Positions 13,187 to 25,990 of a DNA stretch of 64,000 nt are shown here, piece by piece. The notes below the pieces were generated by a model. It saw nothing but the letters and a program-made list of their open reading frames with translations, was not told the DNA's origin and searched no databases. The position numbers were made by a program, and so were the translations under genes. Positions within the stretch are counted from its first letter, which is position 1, and the number at the start of each line of letters is the position of its first letter. Origin of the DNA: Chrysomallon squamiferum (taxonomy: Eukaryota; Animalia; Mollusca); assembly GCA_012295275.1 (NCBI GenBank), contig CM022668.1, positions 9,858,001 to 9,922,000 of the forward strand. Reading direction: 5' to 3'.

Positions 13187-13410
13187 CTGGTTGCTAGGTA
13201 ACGTGGAAATGAAGTAGTATTTGTCTGTTTTTTCCTGGTTGTTTTTTTATCATACCCACTGTCTAGACACTGTCTAGACACTGCCAGATGGTTGTTAGGT
13301 AACATGGAAATGAAGTAGTATTTCCATTTTTTTAATTTTTTTTGTCACTCCTGCTGTGTAAACACAGCCTGATGGTTGCTAGGTAACAGAAATTAAGTAA
13401 AGTAGTATTT
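13187..13410. promoter_or_regulatory. Three tandem copies of an RFX X-box-like motif (GTTGCTAGGTAAC), two followed by GGAAATGAAGT, just upstream of the TRIM pseudogene ATG
   Basis: gttgctaggtaac at 13190-13202, gttgttaggtaac at 13291-13303, gttgctaggtaac at 13375-13387. These fit the X-box pattern GTNRCY-N(0-3)-RGYAAC; the middle copy has one mismatch. Confidence 0.5.
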
Positions 13411-13534
13411 TTTTATGAATGTTAATATTTAATTACACATTGGCATACATTTTTAAATATTAAATTACATTTTCAACACTAAACTTTTCACAGAATCCCT
13501 GATCTATATCTTTACCACCAAATTGTAAATATTT

Positions 13535-13765
13535 GCCAGTCTAAACTTAGAGGGTGCCAGATCAATTCTTCTCAGTGAACCTTTTAGTCTATTTCCTGTT
13601 CCAACCTGTGGTATATGACTTATTTATCAAAGAGCTGTATGTGAGAAGGTGTATGTGTATGTTAACTTGCTGCTAACTGATAAAAATAATCACTGAATAG
13701 TGAATGATATCAGATGTCCTCTCTCATATCACCAGTATAAACAAAGTTCTTACATCTGAATAGAT
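13535..13765 (+). mobile_element. Degenerate tRNA-derived SINE copy
   Basis: gatcaattcttctcagtgaacc...ctatttcctgttccaacctgtgg...tttatcaaag...cttgctgctaactgataaaaataatcac...cctctctcatatcacca matches the 7.8 kb copy. Confidence 0.65.
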
Positions 13766-13932
13766 TGATAATGAAATGTATATATTAGATATCATTTTTA
13801 CATACATATATATATGTACATATACACACACACACACACAGATAGACGCAGATTTTGTAAAAAATTCTTATTACAAATAAAATGTAGATACTTAGATCTC
13901 AAGTGTAATTCTGTTTAGCTCATTTTCAGTTT

Positions 13933-13956
13933 TATTATTATTATTATTATTATTAT

Positions 13957-14009
<53 letters not shown>

Positions 14010-14012
14010 TTA
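13933..14012. repeat. Compound (ATT)n(ACT)n microsatellite; a similar (ATT)(GCT)(ACT) tract lies at 14402-14540
   Basis: Directly visible. Confidence 0.95.
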
Positions 14013-14442
14013 ATGATATATGTAAACTATATTATACTTTCAAATATTATTATGAATTAGGTCTACAGGGAGACAGTTTTATTGTTATGTATGATTATTA
14101 TTGACATAGCTCTGTGTGGATGTTTATGTATATTTGTATATATTTATATACACACACCATCTCAAGTTTAATATGTGGAATTTTAAAAATGCATTACTAA
14201 GATTGTTGCATGAGATCAGAGTTAATTGTTTTCACAGCTACATTTGTAACCAGTCAACCAAAGGTAGCCATTTTAAACTTGTGTCAGTTTTAAGAGTTTT
14301 TATTTTAACCAGAGTTGTGATATTGTCCTTGGTTTTTGTAAGCTTTTGTGTTACTTATATCTGTGTGTAGTTATTTAATTATGTCTTCATCTTTTATTTT
14401 TTATTATTATTATTATTATTAATACTGGTGCTGCTGCTGCTG

Positions 14443-14515
<73 letters not shown>

Positions 14516-14916
14516 AGCTACTACTATTACTACTACTGCTATTTTGTAAACTGTTACTGTATAGGACACAGCTTGTAGCAGTATGTTGAAGGCTGTTTCA
14601 GGGTTTCTCAAACTGGGTTTAGCAAGAGCTATCATCATTTCCATTCCCAGTTTCAGGGAAATAAATCATTTGTATTCACAGTTTCAAGATCCATGATAAG
14701 GAAATCCAGATTTAATTCTCAGTGAAATTCTGCAAACACATCCATCAGGTATGATGAAATAAATGTAAAATGAACACGTGAACATGCAGCAGAATGAGCG
14801 AATTTGTACATAAAAAAATTTAGAATTTAAAATTTATTTTAGTACTGTTTGCCATACTTTTCCTAACCTCCTGTTTGATGTATAGTTTTAATTATAGATC
14901 TTTTTTTTCTTATAAT

Positions 14917-14949
<33 letters not shown>

Positions 14950-15239
14950 CATTCAGGTAATAAATTAGAAGTAATTTTTTTTGCTCAACCATGAAAGTTT
15001 GAGAAACCCTGTCCTAAAATACAGACTATTCTAAATTCTAGCCTTGATACACAGACTATTTACTAGTTTACTAGTCAATGACTTAATATAAGTTCTGCAG
15101 TTTATCCTGGTTCAAATATTTAGACTTGTTACAAGATAAAAACATTTTAAAAACTGAAATCTGATAGTATCTAATTCTATACGTTATTTAAAATCAACAT
15201 TGTATTATTTAGAATCTGTTAAAATGTTTATTTTATATT

Positions 15240-15285
<46 letters not shown>

Positions 15286-16325
15286 TGTCTTTTTTCATTC
15301 CATTGCCCAGTGGGTTATCATTCAGCAGTTTTGTTCATTCCATTTTTAATTTGTTATGAGTGTGTAAACTTCACTTTACTTATTTATGTTAATAATAATA
15401 ATAACAGCAACAACAATAAGAGTATAATTGTAATAAAAATATAAGAAACTTGAATTATTTCAAAGAAACAAAATATTAAAAAAATTATGGAATCTAGAGT
15501 TCTTGTATCGGAATATGCCTATATTTTTTTTTCTTGAATTAATTTTGATTATTTACGTACTTTCATTTTTATTAATTCATTTTATTTAATTATTATTATA
15601 ATTATTAATATTATTATTATTATTTATTATTATAATTCATATTTTTTTTTTATTTTGCTTGTTTAATTTGTTGTTGTTGTGTTAAAGAAGTCTGACATCA
15701 GTAATTTGATTTATTAAAATTTTAATTTTAATACTCCTCATAATGTTTTTAATAGTAAATCTGCAAACTCTGTAAATGTTTGTCAGCTATTATTAGTGTA
15801 AGCCATTTTCTCCATTTTCCTTAAGTACTTATACTGTGTGGGTTTTTTTTGTGTGTGTGTGTGTGAGAGAGAGAGAGAGCGAGAGAACGAGAGAGAGAGT
15901 AATCATGGTTATGGTAGGAATAGTTGAAAATTATAAAATGTACATTTGTTCACGTTTTGTATATTGTGAATATTTCATCTTTAGAATATTAACGTTAAAA
16001 GGTTTGTGTATATTATGAAAACAAAACTGGACATAACTGTTGTTTTGTTGGTTTTTCTCTTAAAATGTTAATACTCTTTTATGTGCCAACTATAATCATG
16101 AAATAATGTGAGACCAGTCCCAGAATATCACACTTAAATCATTTTGTAGCATTGTTCAGAAGTCATCACAGTTTTATCATTTAATGTTTCTGTTGTTGCT
16201 GCTGTTCTTACTATTTATTTAAAATACATTTTATTTGTTTTTTTTATATTTATATTTATTATTATTTTCTTGTTTTGGGAGGGAAGGTTTTGGGTTTTTT
16301 GTGTGTATTTTAAATTTTGGTTGTT

Positions 16326-16381
<56 letters not shown>

Positions 16382-16510
16382 AAAAAGAAAGGTGTTTATG
16401 GAAGAGTGTTTTTTGAACTCTTTTTCATTTTATTTTATGTTTGTTTATTTTACTTTTCTTGAATTATTCTTTTTTTTTTTTTTTTTTTAGGTGTTTGTTT
16501 ATATTTACAG

Positions 16511-16542
<32 letters not shown>

Positions 16543-17483
16543 GATCTCCACTGATGAAAAATTGTTGATCTTCTGAGATTGGTCTTGACATGAAAATATG
16601 TTATTAAACTCTTTGTTACTTTCTTATTGTTTGTGTTTTTTTTTTGAACGAGAGACAGAGAGAGACAGAGAGCGTTACAAGGACAGACATAGAGACAGGA
16701 AAAGAAAATTAATATAAATTGCATGAAAGAACCAGAATCACTAAATATAAATTTAATTTTATTCTGTTTGAGACGTTTTAACACAGTTAAATATTTACAT
16801 TTGTAAACGTGATTTCTCTGTCTTTAAATACAGTCCATCCTGTGTCAGATGTAAGTTAACATTTAATACCTGCAGTGTGCTCTTTCACAATTTCACCATA
16901 ATACAAACAAATAAGTGTATAAACATTCAACACTAGGTTTTAGTACTGCATGGGGCAGGCAAGAATACAGTCTAGTTTGAAAATGCAAACTTTGATCTAA
17001 AAAATCTCTTACCTGAAAGTCTGGCTCTGGCCAAGCTCCTCAATAAATAGCAATAATGACCTTAAGAATTTCAAATGTCAAAAATTTCTATATACCAAAG
17101 TCATTTTGTAGTCAATGACTTGATTTAACAGAAATTAACCCTTAAGAAATATATATGATCCACTTAGAATAAAATAAAATTTTATACCCGTTTCATTTCA
17201 AAGCTGCAGTTGGAATATTTGATAAAAATTTTCATAAAAGTCGTTCAGAAAGTTTTAATGTATTTGTAGGAAATGACTTCTTGGAATGAAAAATAATTCA
17301 GCTTGGTATCATTGTGATTAAATACTTGCATGGATTGTCTTCAGAGTTCAGTTTTAAAATCATTTCAGAGAAAAAAAAAAAAAAACATTTATAAGGGCCC
17401 TATAAGGAATGGAAAATAATTTACACATTCCTTGAATTAATCATATTTTCTGTAGATTCATCATATATATTTATCTCACTTGT

Positions 17484-17560
17484 AATAAATGTGCTGAAAT
17501 TGACCTAATCAGCTGTGATATTGTCAAAAGTTCTTTTTTGTTTCTGGTTTTTTTTTTGTT
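17484..17560 (+). terminator. Candidate distal polyadenylation site of the + strand gene
   Basis: AATAAA at 17484-17489 followed by a U/GU-rich tract (gttcttttttgtttctggtttttttttttg) at ~17530-17560. It coincides with the end of the CpG-poor domain. Confidence 0.35.
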
Positions 17561-17749
17561 TTTTTTTAAATATCCGTCTAGAATGAAGTGTAAGATTTTA
17601 AAATGTTATCACATAACGATAACGGCAGAGATGCGTTGTTTGAAGATGTTTTTCTAACTCGTACAGTAAATAAAAAAATGATGGTTGTTCATTAACGACA
17701 GTTTAAAGAGAAATCAGGGTTTTCAGCCATATTTAAACACATCGTGCAC

Positions 17750-18335
17750 GAATATTCAAGTAATAAAGTCAGTTATTAGTACGAAGACGTCATACGAGTC
17801 ATACTTGGTAGTAAAAAGAAAAGAAAATGTAGTCAGTCATATGTCAGTCTTAATAATAACTTCTAAAGTGACGTAGGAGTAATAACTAATTCCAATTGGC
17901 CACAAGACTTAAGGTAAAAAAAAATGACGTCACGTATATATAACGTCATGCATATTTGACGTAATGTTTTTTGACATTACATCAGTATAGCAATGAATAA
18001 AAATAATTAAGAACAAATATTAGTATGATTTTAAATCTAAGACTTAATAGTCAGCAAATGAACTTATATACATTAATAATAAATTATATGAAAACTTGTT
18101 TCTACGTCATTAATGAAACGACGTCACGAGGGTGGTACACTTTAGTTAAAATCTTAATTTCCAATACATGATGTTTGATATATAATAAGAAATGTGAAGC
18201 ATCTATTTCATTAATAAAATGACGTCACGTTATATAATTTGGTAATATGGTATTATAATATCACATTTATGGAGTTCTGGGTGGAATGAAAAATAAGTCG
18301 TTGAATGAGTCACTGATTCAGTTACTTTGAATTTT
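17750..18335. mobile_element. Putative non-autonomous DNA element rich in TGACGTCA-like motifs
   Basis: Repeated (t)gacgtca(cg) motifs. Weak terminal inverted similarity (ttcaagtaataaagtcagtta vs the reverse complement of cactgattcagttactttgaa). Confidence 0.35.
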
Positions 18336-19551
18336 AGCCATATTCTGTCTTAAATGGAAATTAACCTATTAAACGAAAACAAAACAAAACAAACAACAAC
18401 AAGAAGAAAAAGAAATCGTTGTTGAAATTGATCCAACAAGTTGTCATATTTTTGGCAAACGTTCTACAAAAGAAAACAAATCTACGTGAAGGAGTACAGA
18501 TAAATTTTATCAGATAACAATAGACAGAGATACGTTGTTTTAAGAGTTTTTTCTAGCTCGTACAATAAAAAAAAGAAGAGATATTTCTGCTTGAGATGAC
18601 GGCAGTTTGCTGATAACACTTCAGCGAAATATTTAAAGTGAAAACAGTTTTCAGCTGAGTTTAGAGACGTTTGAGAAAGTATAACTAATATTGTAAACCT
18701 TTCAGCAGTTGCAGTGTGTTAGTTTGGGTTTTCTCTTTCATTTTTACCTTCTTTTCGTCTTTTTTTTTTCTTTTCTTTTCATTTTCTTTTAATTTTTTCT
18801 TTCACTTCTTCGCTTCTTTCTTTATTTCTTCTTTTTTCTAGTTTTTTTTGCATTTTTTTTTTTTTTATTAACTGAATATTAGTATAAAAACACTAAAACG
18901 AAGAAGAAGAAGAAGAACAACAACAACAACAAAAAAATAATAATAATAATAATGTTTCATCTGTCGATTTAAACTCTCTCTCTCAGTTATGAAAAGAAAT
19001 CAGTAATGTAACTTCTACCTACACGTAGGACAGTACATTCCAGAGACTTTGACAATAAGAGCACTAACGTAGATTGATCCTTTGGGACTAATTCAAGAAA
19101 CACCCACCTGATAAAACAATAGATAATATGCAGTTTATTTCTTATTTTGTATGACATGAAGGTGAAATGAAATCACACACACACGTACATAAATACATCG
19201 AACACACAAACATTCACAGAGACCTGCATATACACACATTTTACACACACACACACACACACCCTTTCAGTCTCGTACCCATGTAACATACATACACACA
19301 AGCACACACACACACATATACATACACAGACATATAAATATATACATAGAATATTTACAGAAAATGTAATTTGGCTTTCAGAAAATATCTCTAAGTTCTA
19401 AATGTAAAATTTATGTCTAGAACGATATGACATCGTTACATTCTTATGGTTTTCTTTTTTGTTCGATTTGTTACCATTTATTGTTCTTGTTTTCTTTCTT
19501 GTTTTTCTTTTTTCTTCTTCTTTTATGTGTGTGTATGTGCGTGTGTGTGTG

Positions 19552-19584
<33 letters not shown>

Positions 19585-19957
19585 ATTTCTTCTTCTTTAT
19601 TTTGACCGCCTTATTTTTTTTTTTTTTTTTTTTTTTTACCAGCTAATTTTCTTGTTGTTTTGACTGCGTTAAATAATAAGAAAAAAAAAAAAAAAAAAAA
19701 AAAGAAAGAAAAAAATACAAAAAATTTAAAAAGATAAAGAAAACTAAAAAAAATAAAGGCAATAACACCTTATTGAAAAGCAATCAGTAGAGTATGTTGT
19801 TGAAATTAACATGCTGTTACGTGAAGAAAAGTTATTTCAAAACAAGTACAACATGTATGTTCTTCAGTTTTTTCGTTTGAGAGTCCGCGCAATGTTTTTT
19901 TTTTTTTTTTTTGTGAGTTTGGTAGCAAAACGTAATGTAGCGCACATCTAGTACAGT

Positions 19958-20058
<101 letters not shown>

Positions 20059-21606
20059 ACATTATTTTTATCCCATTATCTGTTTTCGTTTATTTTTCTC
20101 ATGACGTCTGACATCAACACTGTTAATCATTTATCTGTGTGTATTGTTTATCAATGTCGGCGAAAATCTTCGGATTTTTTTATTTATTTTTTTTACAAAA
20201 TACACACACACACACACACATAACCGCACAAGAACAATGAATAAAATTTAAAAAATTTAAAAAAAAATAAAAATAAACAAGTAAATTCAAACAAAAAAAA
20301 CCCAACAATACGAAAAAAAAAAAAAAAAAAAAACCCTCCAAAAAAACAAAACAGGAAAGTGTTCACACTGTTATTTCTCTGTCAGGTTTCACTTTAAATA
20401 TTTAGTTCTGTTCTGACATAGTTAACCTTTTCTTAAATTTCAGCTTATATCGTATCTGTATCACAGGCAGATAAAGATGGCGCCTGCAACTTTCTCAAAT
20501 AAATACATTATCACTTTCCTAAATCTCTGTTTTGTGGAGAACATTTTTATTATTTTTTTTTTTATGCTTTTATTTTTTTCTTTAAGATTTCTATATTCTC
20601 TCATGTCAATATGTGAACATGTGAACGTGCATGTGCGCGCGCAGGTGTGTGTATTGTGTGTGTGTGTGTGTGTATGTGTCTGTCTGTCTGTTTGTCTATC
20701 TTTCATCTCTCCCTCTCTGAATCTCTTTCCGAGCTACATTTCTCTTTTATTGTTATGTTATAACAATACGAATAATAATAACAGCAAATGCTGACACATT
20801 TGTAGCGTCTTCAAAATAAAATTTAATAAAAACAATAATAAAAGGAGAAGAAATAAAATAGAAGAAGAAGAAGAAGAAGAAGAAGAAAAGAAATAAAATG
20901 TAACAAGAACAAGTAATAGAAAAAAAAAAAAAAAAAACACATGAATAATAAGAAGAGAAAGCTTTCGCATATTACCTCCTGTCTTTTGCTTCTTTCTTTC
21001 TGTTTAATTTAAATAATAATAATAATAATAATTATAAACATAATTCGCTTAGCATAATTCAATTTACAACAGCTTATTTTCGGTTTTGTAAAGTTATACT
21101 GGCCATCACGTTTGCAGAAAATGGGCGTCTACAGCTGCACGTGCATGTAATTTTCCTTTTCAAAATCGTCTGCCATTTTTCACTTTTTTCCTGCTTCTTC
21201 TCAGTTTTACGTCTAGACAAAATTCGCATTTTCCTGCTTACGTTGCACGGCCTGCAGAATACTTTCACTGAATATCGCTCTAGCTTCAACCTGCCAAATA
21301 AAATGAAGAAAATTTAAAGATACAGTATCGCATTTTCAGAAATACGGCTGTTGACGTAGAATTTATTTTAATAAAAATCATTGTCGTTTCTACCAGCAAA
21401 GACAGTTGTGAAATAAATATAGACAGTTTAAATGTAACGAAAAAAGAAAAACATGTTTTTTATATCTGTGTGTGTCTGTGTACTTACAAAACATACATAT
21501 ATCTTCAATCATCCATATTTAACACACATACAAAACCTACCTACAGCATATATCTCTGTCTGCCTTCATGATAATACACATACATACGTACGTACATTCA
21601 TCGATC

Positions 21607-21616
21607 CACACACACA

Positions 21617-21669
<53 letters not shown>
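21607..21669. repeat. (CA)n microsatellite. Others at ~7090-7134, 16330-16375, 32347-32400, 40973-41020, 53510-53557 and 60469-60514
   Basis: Directly visible. Confidence 0.97.
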
Positions 21670-21672
<3 letters not shown>

Positions 21673-21679
21673 ACTACGC

Positions 21680-21860
21680 AGGTTGCATTGTTGGCTGAGC
21701 GGTATAATTGTCCGCCTACAGATTGCGGGTGAATGGGTGTCACACGTTCGAGTCTCGTCAGCGGCATCTGACGGGTTTGTGAGATCGTGATTGCAGTTTG
21801 TCATCCTGCGCCAGTGCGTTCAAGAATACTGTCTATTGAAGAGTATAATCAGACGTGTAC
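21680..21860 (+). mobile_element. tRNA-derived SINE head or tRNA pseudogene
   Basis: Pol III A-box TGGCTGAGCGG (21692-21702) and B-box GTTCGAGTC (21746-21754) at tRNA-like spacing. No clean cloverleaf seen. Confidence 0.6.
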
Positions 21861-22659
21861 ATAAGACAGATGATATTCAATGCAAACTACATACATAAAC
21901 ACAAATGATACGCACTGATGTCTGTCTCTCTGTCTGTCTGTCTGTCTGTCTGTCAGTTTATCTAGCGCATAATTTCTTACACGTAAACAGATTCCCTCCT
22001 GTTTCGGATTATAATTTATTTGGAAACTAATATTTCTTTTTTTCTTTTCGTTTTGTTTCTGTTATCTCAGTTTCTGTCAGTTAGACGATGAAATATTATT
22101 TATTTTTTTCAAAACATATCATATTCTGAATCTACTTTACAGAGATCTAATTTATTGTTGTGGGTTGTTGTTGTTGTTGTCGTTGTTAAATAATAAAAAA
22201 AAAAATGAAACAGTTGTCGTTATTTACGTCGTTAAATGTCAACTTGGCAAACCGCTTTACACCACACAGTATTGCGGTCACATTCATCCGCCATTTTACG
22301 CGATTTATTTTGTTCTGGTTTATTAAAATATGTCTGCCCGGAAATAATTTACTGCCGAATACGTTTTGTTCCTCTTGAGAAAAACACTTAATGAAAACAT
22401 AATTTAGTGTCTCGTAAAACGTTCTGTAAATGAAGTGACAAACGTAGATATGTAATAAATATGTGTATGTATGTATGTATATGCATATATGTATGTATGT
22501 ATAAAATGTTTATATGCGTGGGTATGATCCATATAATTATCTTTATGTATGTGGTGTATATGTATGTACAGGTGAGTGCATCCCTGTGTGTATGAGTTTA
22601 AGTATAATTATTTCTTCCTTACAATCCGCTGTCATACAGAGCAACCGCTCTAACACTGG

Positions 22660-25600
22660 ACTACAAACTGTTATACCAGCTTTAGTGTCCTGTATTACAG
22701 CTATTCTATTACTTACTACAAACTGTTCTGTTATACCAGCTTTAGTGTCCTGTATTACAGCTATTCTATTACTTGCTACAAACTGCTCTGTTATACCAGC
22801 TTTAGTGTCCTGTATTACAGCTATTCTATTACTTGCTACAAACTGTTCTGTTATACCAGCTTTAGTGTCCTGTATTACAGCTATTCTATTACTTGCTACA
22901 AACTGTTCTGTTATACCAGCTTTAGTGTCCTGTATTACAGCTATTCTATTACTTGCTACAAACTGCTCTGTTATACCAGCGTTACTGTCCTGTATTACAG
23001 CTATTCTATTACTTGTCCTGCTCTGTTATACCAGCTTTACTGTCCTGTATTACAGCTATTCTATTACTTGCTACAAACTGCTCTGTTATACCAGCTTTAG
23101 TGTCCTGTATTACAGCTATTCTATTACTTGCTACAAACTGCTCTGTTATACCAGCTTTACTGTCCTGTATTACAGCTATTCTATTACTTGCTACAAACTG
23201 CTCTGTTATACCAGCGCTACAAACTGCTCTGTTATACCAGCGCTACTGTCCTGTATTACAGCTATTCTATTACTTGCTACAAACTGCTCTGTTATACCAG
23301 CGCTACTGTCCTGTATTACAGCTATTCTATTACTTGCTACAAACTGCTCTGTTATACCAGCTTTACTGTCCTGTATTACAGCTATTCTATTACTTGCTAC
23401 AAACTGCTCTGTTATACCAGCTTTAGTGTCCTGTATTACAGCTATTCTATTACTTGCTACAAACTGCTCTGTTATACCAGCTTTACTGTCCTGTATTACA
23501 GCTATTCTATTACTTGCTACAAACTGCTCTGTTATACCAGCTTTAGTGTCCTGTATTACAGCTATTCTATTACTTGCTACAAACTGCTCTGTTATACCAG
23601 CTTTAGTGTCCTGTATTACAGCTATTCTATTACTTGCTACAAACTGCTCTGTTATACCAGCTTTTAGTGTCCTTGCTATTCTATTACTTGCTACTGTTAT
23701 ACCAGCTGTGTCCTGTATTACAGCTATTCTATTACCAGCTTTACTGTCCTGTATTACAGCTTTCTATTACTTGCTACAAACTGCTCTGTTATACCAGCTT
23801 TAGTGTCCTGTATTCTATTACTTGCTACAAACTGTTCTGTTATACCAGCTTTACTGTCCTGTATTACAGCTATTCTATTCTTGCTACTTGCTCTGTTATA
23901 CCAAACTGTTTACTGTTATACCAGCTTTACTGTCCTGTATATACAGCTATTCTGTCCTGTATTACAGCTTTCTATTACTTGCTACAAACTGTTCTGTTAT
24001 ACCAGCTTTAGTGTCCTGTATTACAGCTATTCTATTACTTGCTACAAACTGCTCTGTTATACCAGCTTTAGTGTCCTGTATTACAGCTATTCTATTACTT
24101 GCTACAAACTGCTCTGTTATACCAGCTTTAGTGTCCTGTATTACAGCTATTCTATTACTTGCTACAAACTGCTCTGTTATACCAGCGCTACTGTCCTGTA
24201 TTACAGCTATTCTATTACTTGCTACAAACTGCTCTGTTATACCAGCGCTACTGTCCTGTACTATTCTATTATTTGCTCCTGTATGTTATACCAGCTATTC
24301 TATTCTATTACTTGCTACAAACTGCTCTGTTATACCAGCTACTGTCCTGTATTACAGCTATTCTATTAACAAACTGCTGTTATACCAGTTATACCAGCTA
24401 TTCTATTACTGTCCTGTCTGTTATTACAGCTATTCTATTCTATTACTTGCTACAAACTGCTCTGTTATACCAGCGCTACTGTCCTGTATTACAGCTATTC
24501 TATTACTTGCTACAAACTGCTCTGTTATACCAGCTTTAGTGTCCTGTATTACAGCTATTCTATTACTTGCTACAAACTGCTCTGTTATACCAGCTTTAGT
24601 GTCCTGTATTACAGCTATTCTATTACTTGCTACAAACTGCTCTGTTATACCAGCTTTAGTGTCCTGTATTACAGCTATTCTATTACCAAACTGCTCTGTT
24701 ATACCAGCTTTACTGTCCTGTATTACAGCTATTCTATTACTTGCTACAAACTGCTCTGTTATACCAGCTTTTACTGTCCTGTATTACAGCTATTCTATTA
24801 CTTGCTACTGCTTTACTGTCCTGTATTACTTCTATTACTTGCTACAAACTGCTCTGTTATACCAGCTTTTGCTCTGTTATACCAGCTTTAGTGTCCTGTA
24901 TTACAGCTATTCTATTCTTGCTATGCTCTGTTATACCACTTGTCCTGTATTACAGCTGCTACAAACTGCTCTGTTATACCAGCTTTAATTACTATTCTAT
25001 TACTTGCTACAAACTGTTATACCAGCTTTAGTGTCCTGTATTACAGCTATTCTATTTGCTACAAACTTCTTGTTATACCAGCGCAAACTGCTGATTACAG
25101 CTATTCTATTACTTGCTACAAACTGCTCTGTTATACCAGCTAGCTTTAGTGTTATATTCTATTAGCTACAAACTGCTCTGTTATACCAGCTTTAGTGTCC
25201 TGTATTACAGCTATTCTATTACTTGCTACAAACTGCTCTGTTATACCAAACTTACTGTCCTGTATTACAGCTGTATGCTCTGTTATACCAGCGCTACTGT
25301 CCTGTATTACAGCTATTCTATTACTTGCTAAAACTGCTCTGTTATAAGCTTACTGTCCTGTATTACAGCTATTCTATTACCCAGTTATACCAGCTTTAGT
25401 GTCCTGTATTACAGCTATTCTATTACTTGCTACAAACTGCTCTGTTATACCAGCTTTAGTGTCCTGTATTACAGCTATTCTATTACTTGCTACAAACTGC
25501 TCTGTTATACCAGCGCTACTGTCCTGTATTACAGCTATTCTATTACTTGCTACAAACTGCTCTGTTATACCAGCGCTACTGTCCTGTATTACAGCTATTC

Positions 25601-25990
25601 TATTACTTGCTACAAACTGCTCTGTTATACCAGCTTTAGTGTCCTGTATTACAGCTATTCTATTACTTGCTACAAACTGCTCTGTTATACCAGCTTTAGT
25701 GTCCTGTATTACAGCTATTCTATTACTTGCTGCAAACTGCTCCTGTATTACACCCATTATTTGCTACAAACTGCTACTGTCCTGTATTACAGCTATTCTA
25801 TTACTTGCTACAAACTGCTCTGTTATACCAGCTTTAGTGTCCTGTATTACAGCTATTCTATTACTTGCTACAAACTGCTCTGTATTATACCAGCTTTACT
25901 GTCCTGTCCTGTTCTATTACTTGTATTTTGTTATACCAGATATACTGTCCTGTGTTACAGCTATTCTATTACTTGCTACAAACTGCTCTG
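22660..25990. repeat. 60-bp satellite, ~55 unit-equivalents (ttataccagctttagtgtcctgtattacagctattctattacttgctacaaactgctctg)
   Basis: Near-identical 60-nt lines in register, with variants ctttagtg / ctttactg / cgctactg, interrupted by deletion-scrambled patches. Confidence 0.98.

Noticed and set aside
21680-21770. Functional tRNA gene
   Set aside because: A and B boxes are present, but no convincing acceptor or anticodon stems and no poly-T terminator were seen.
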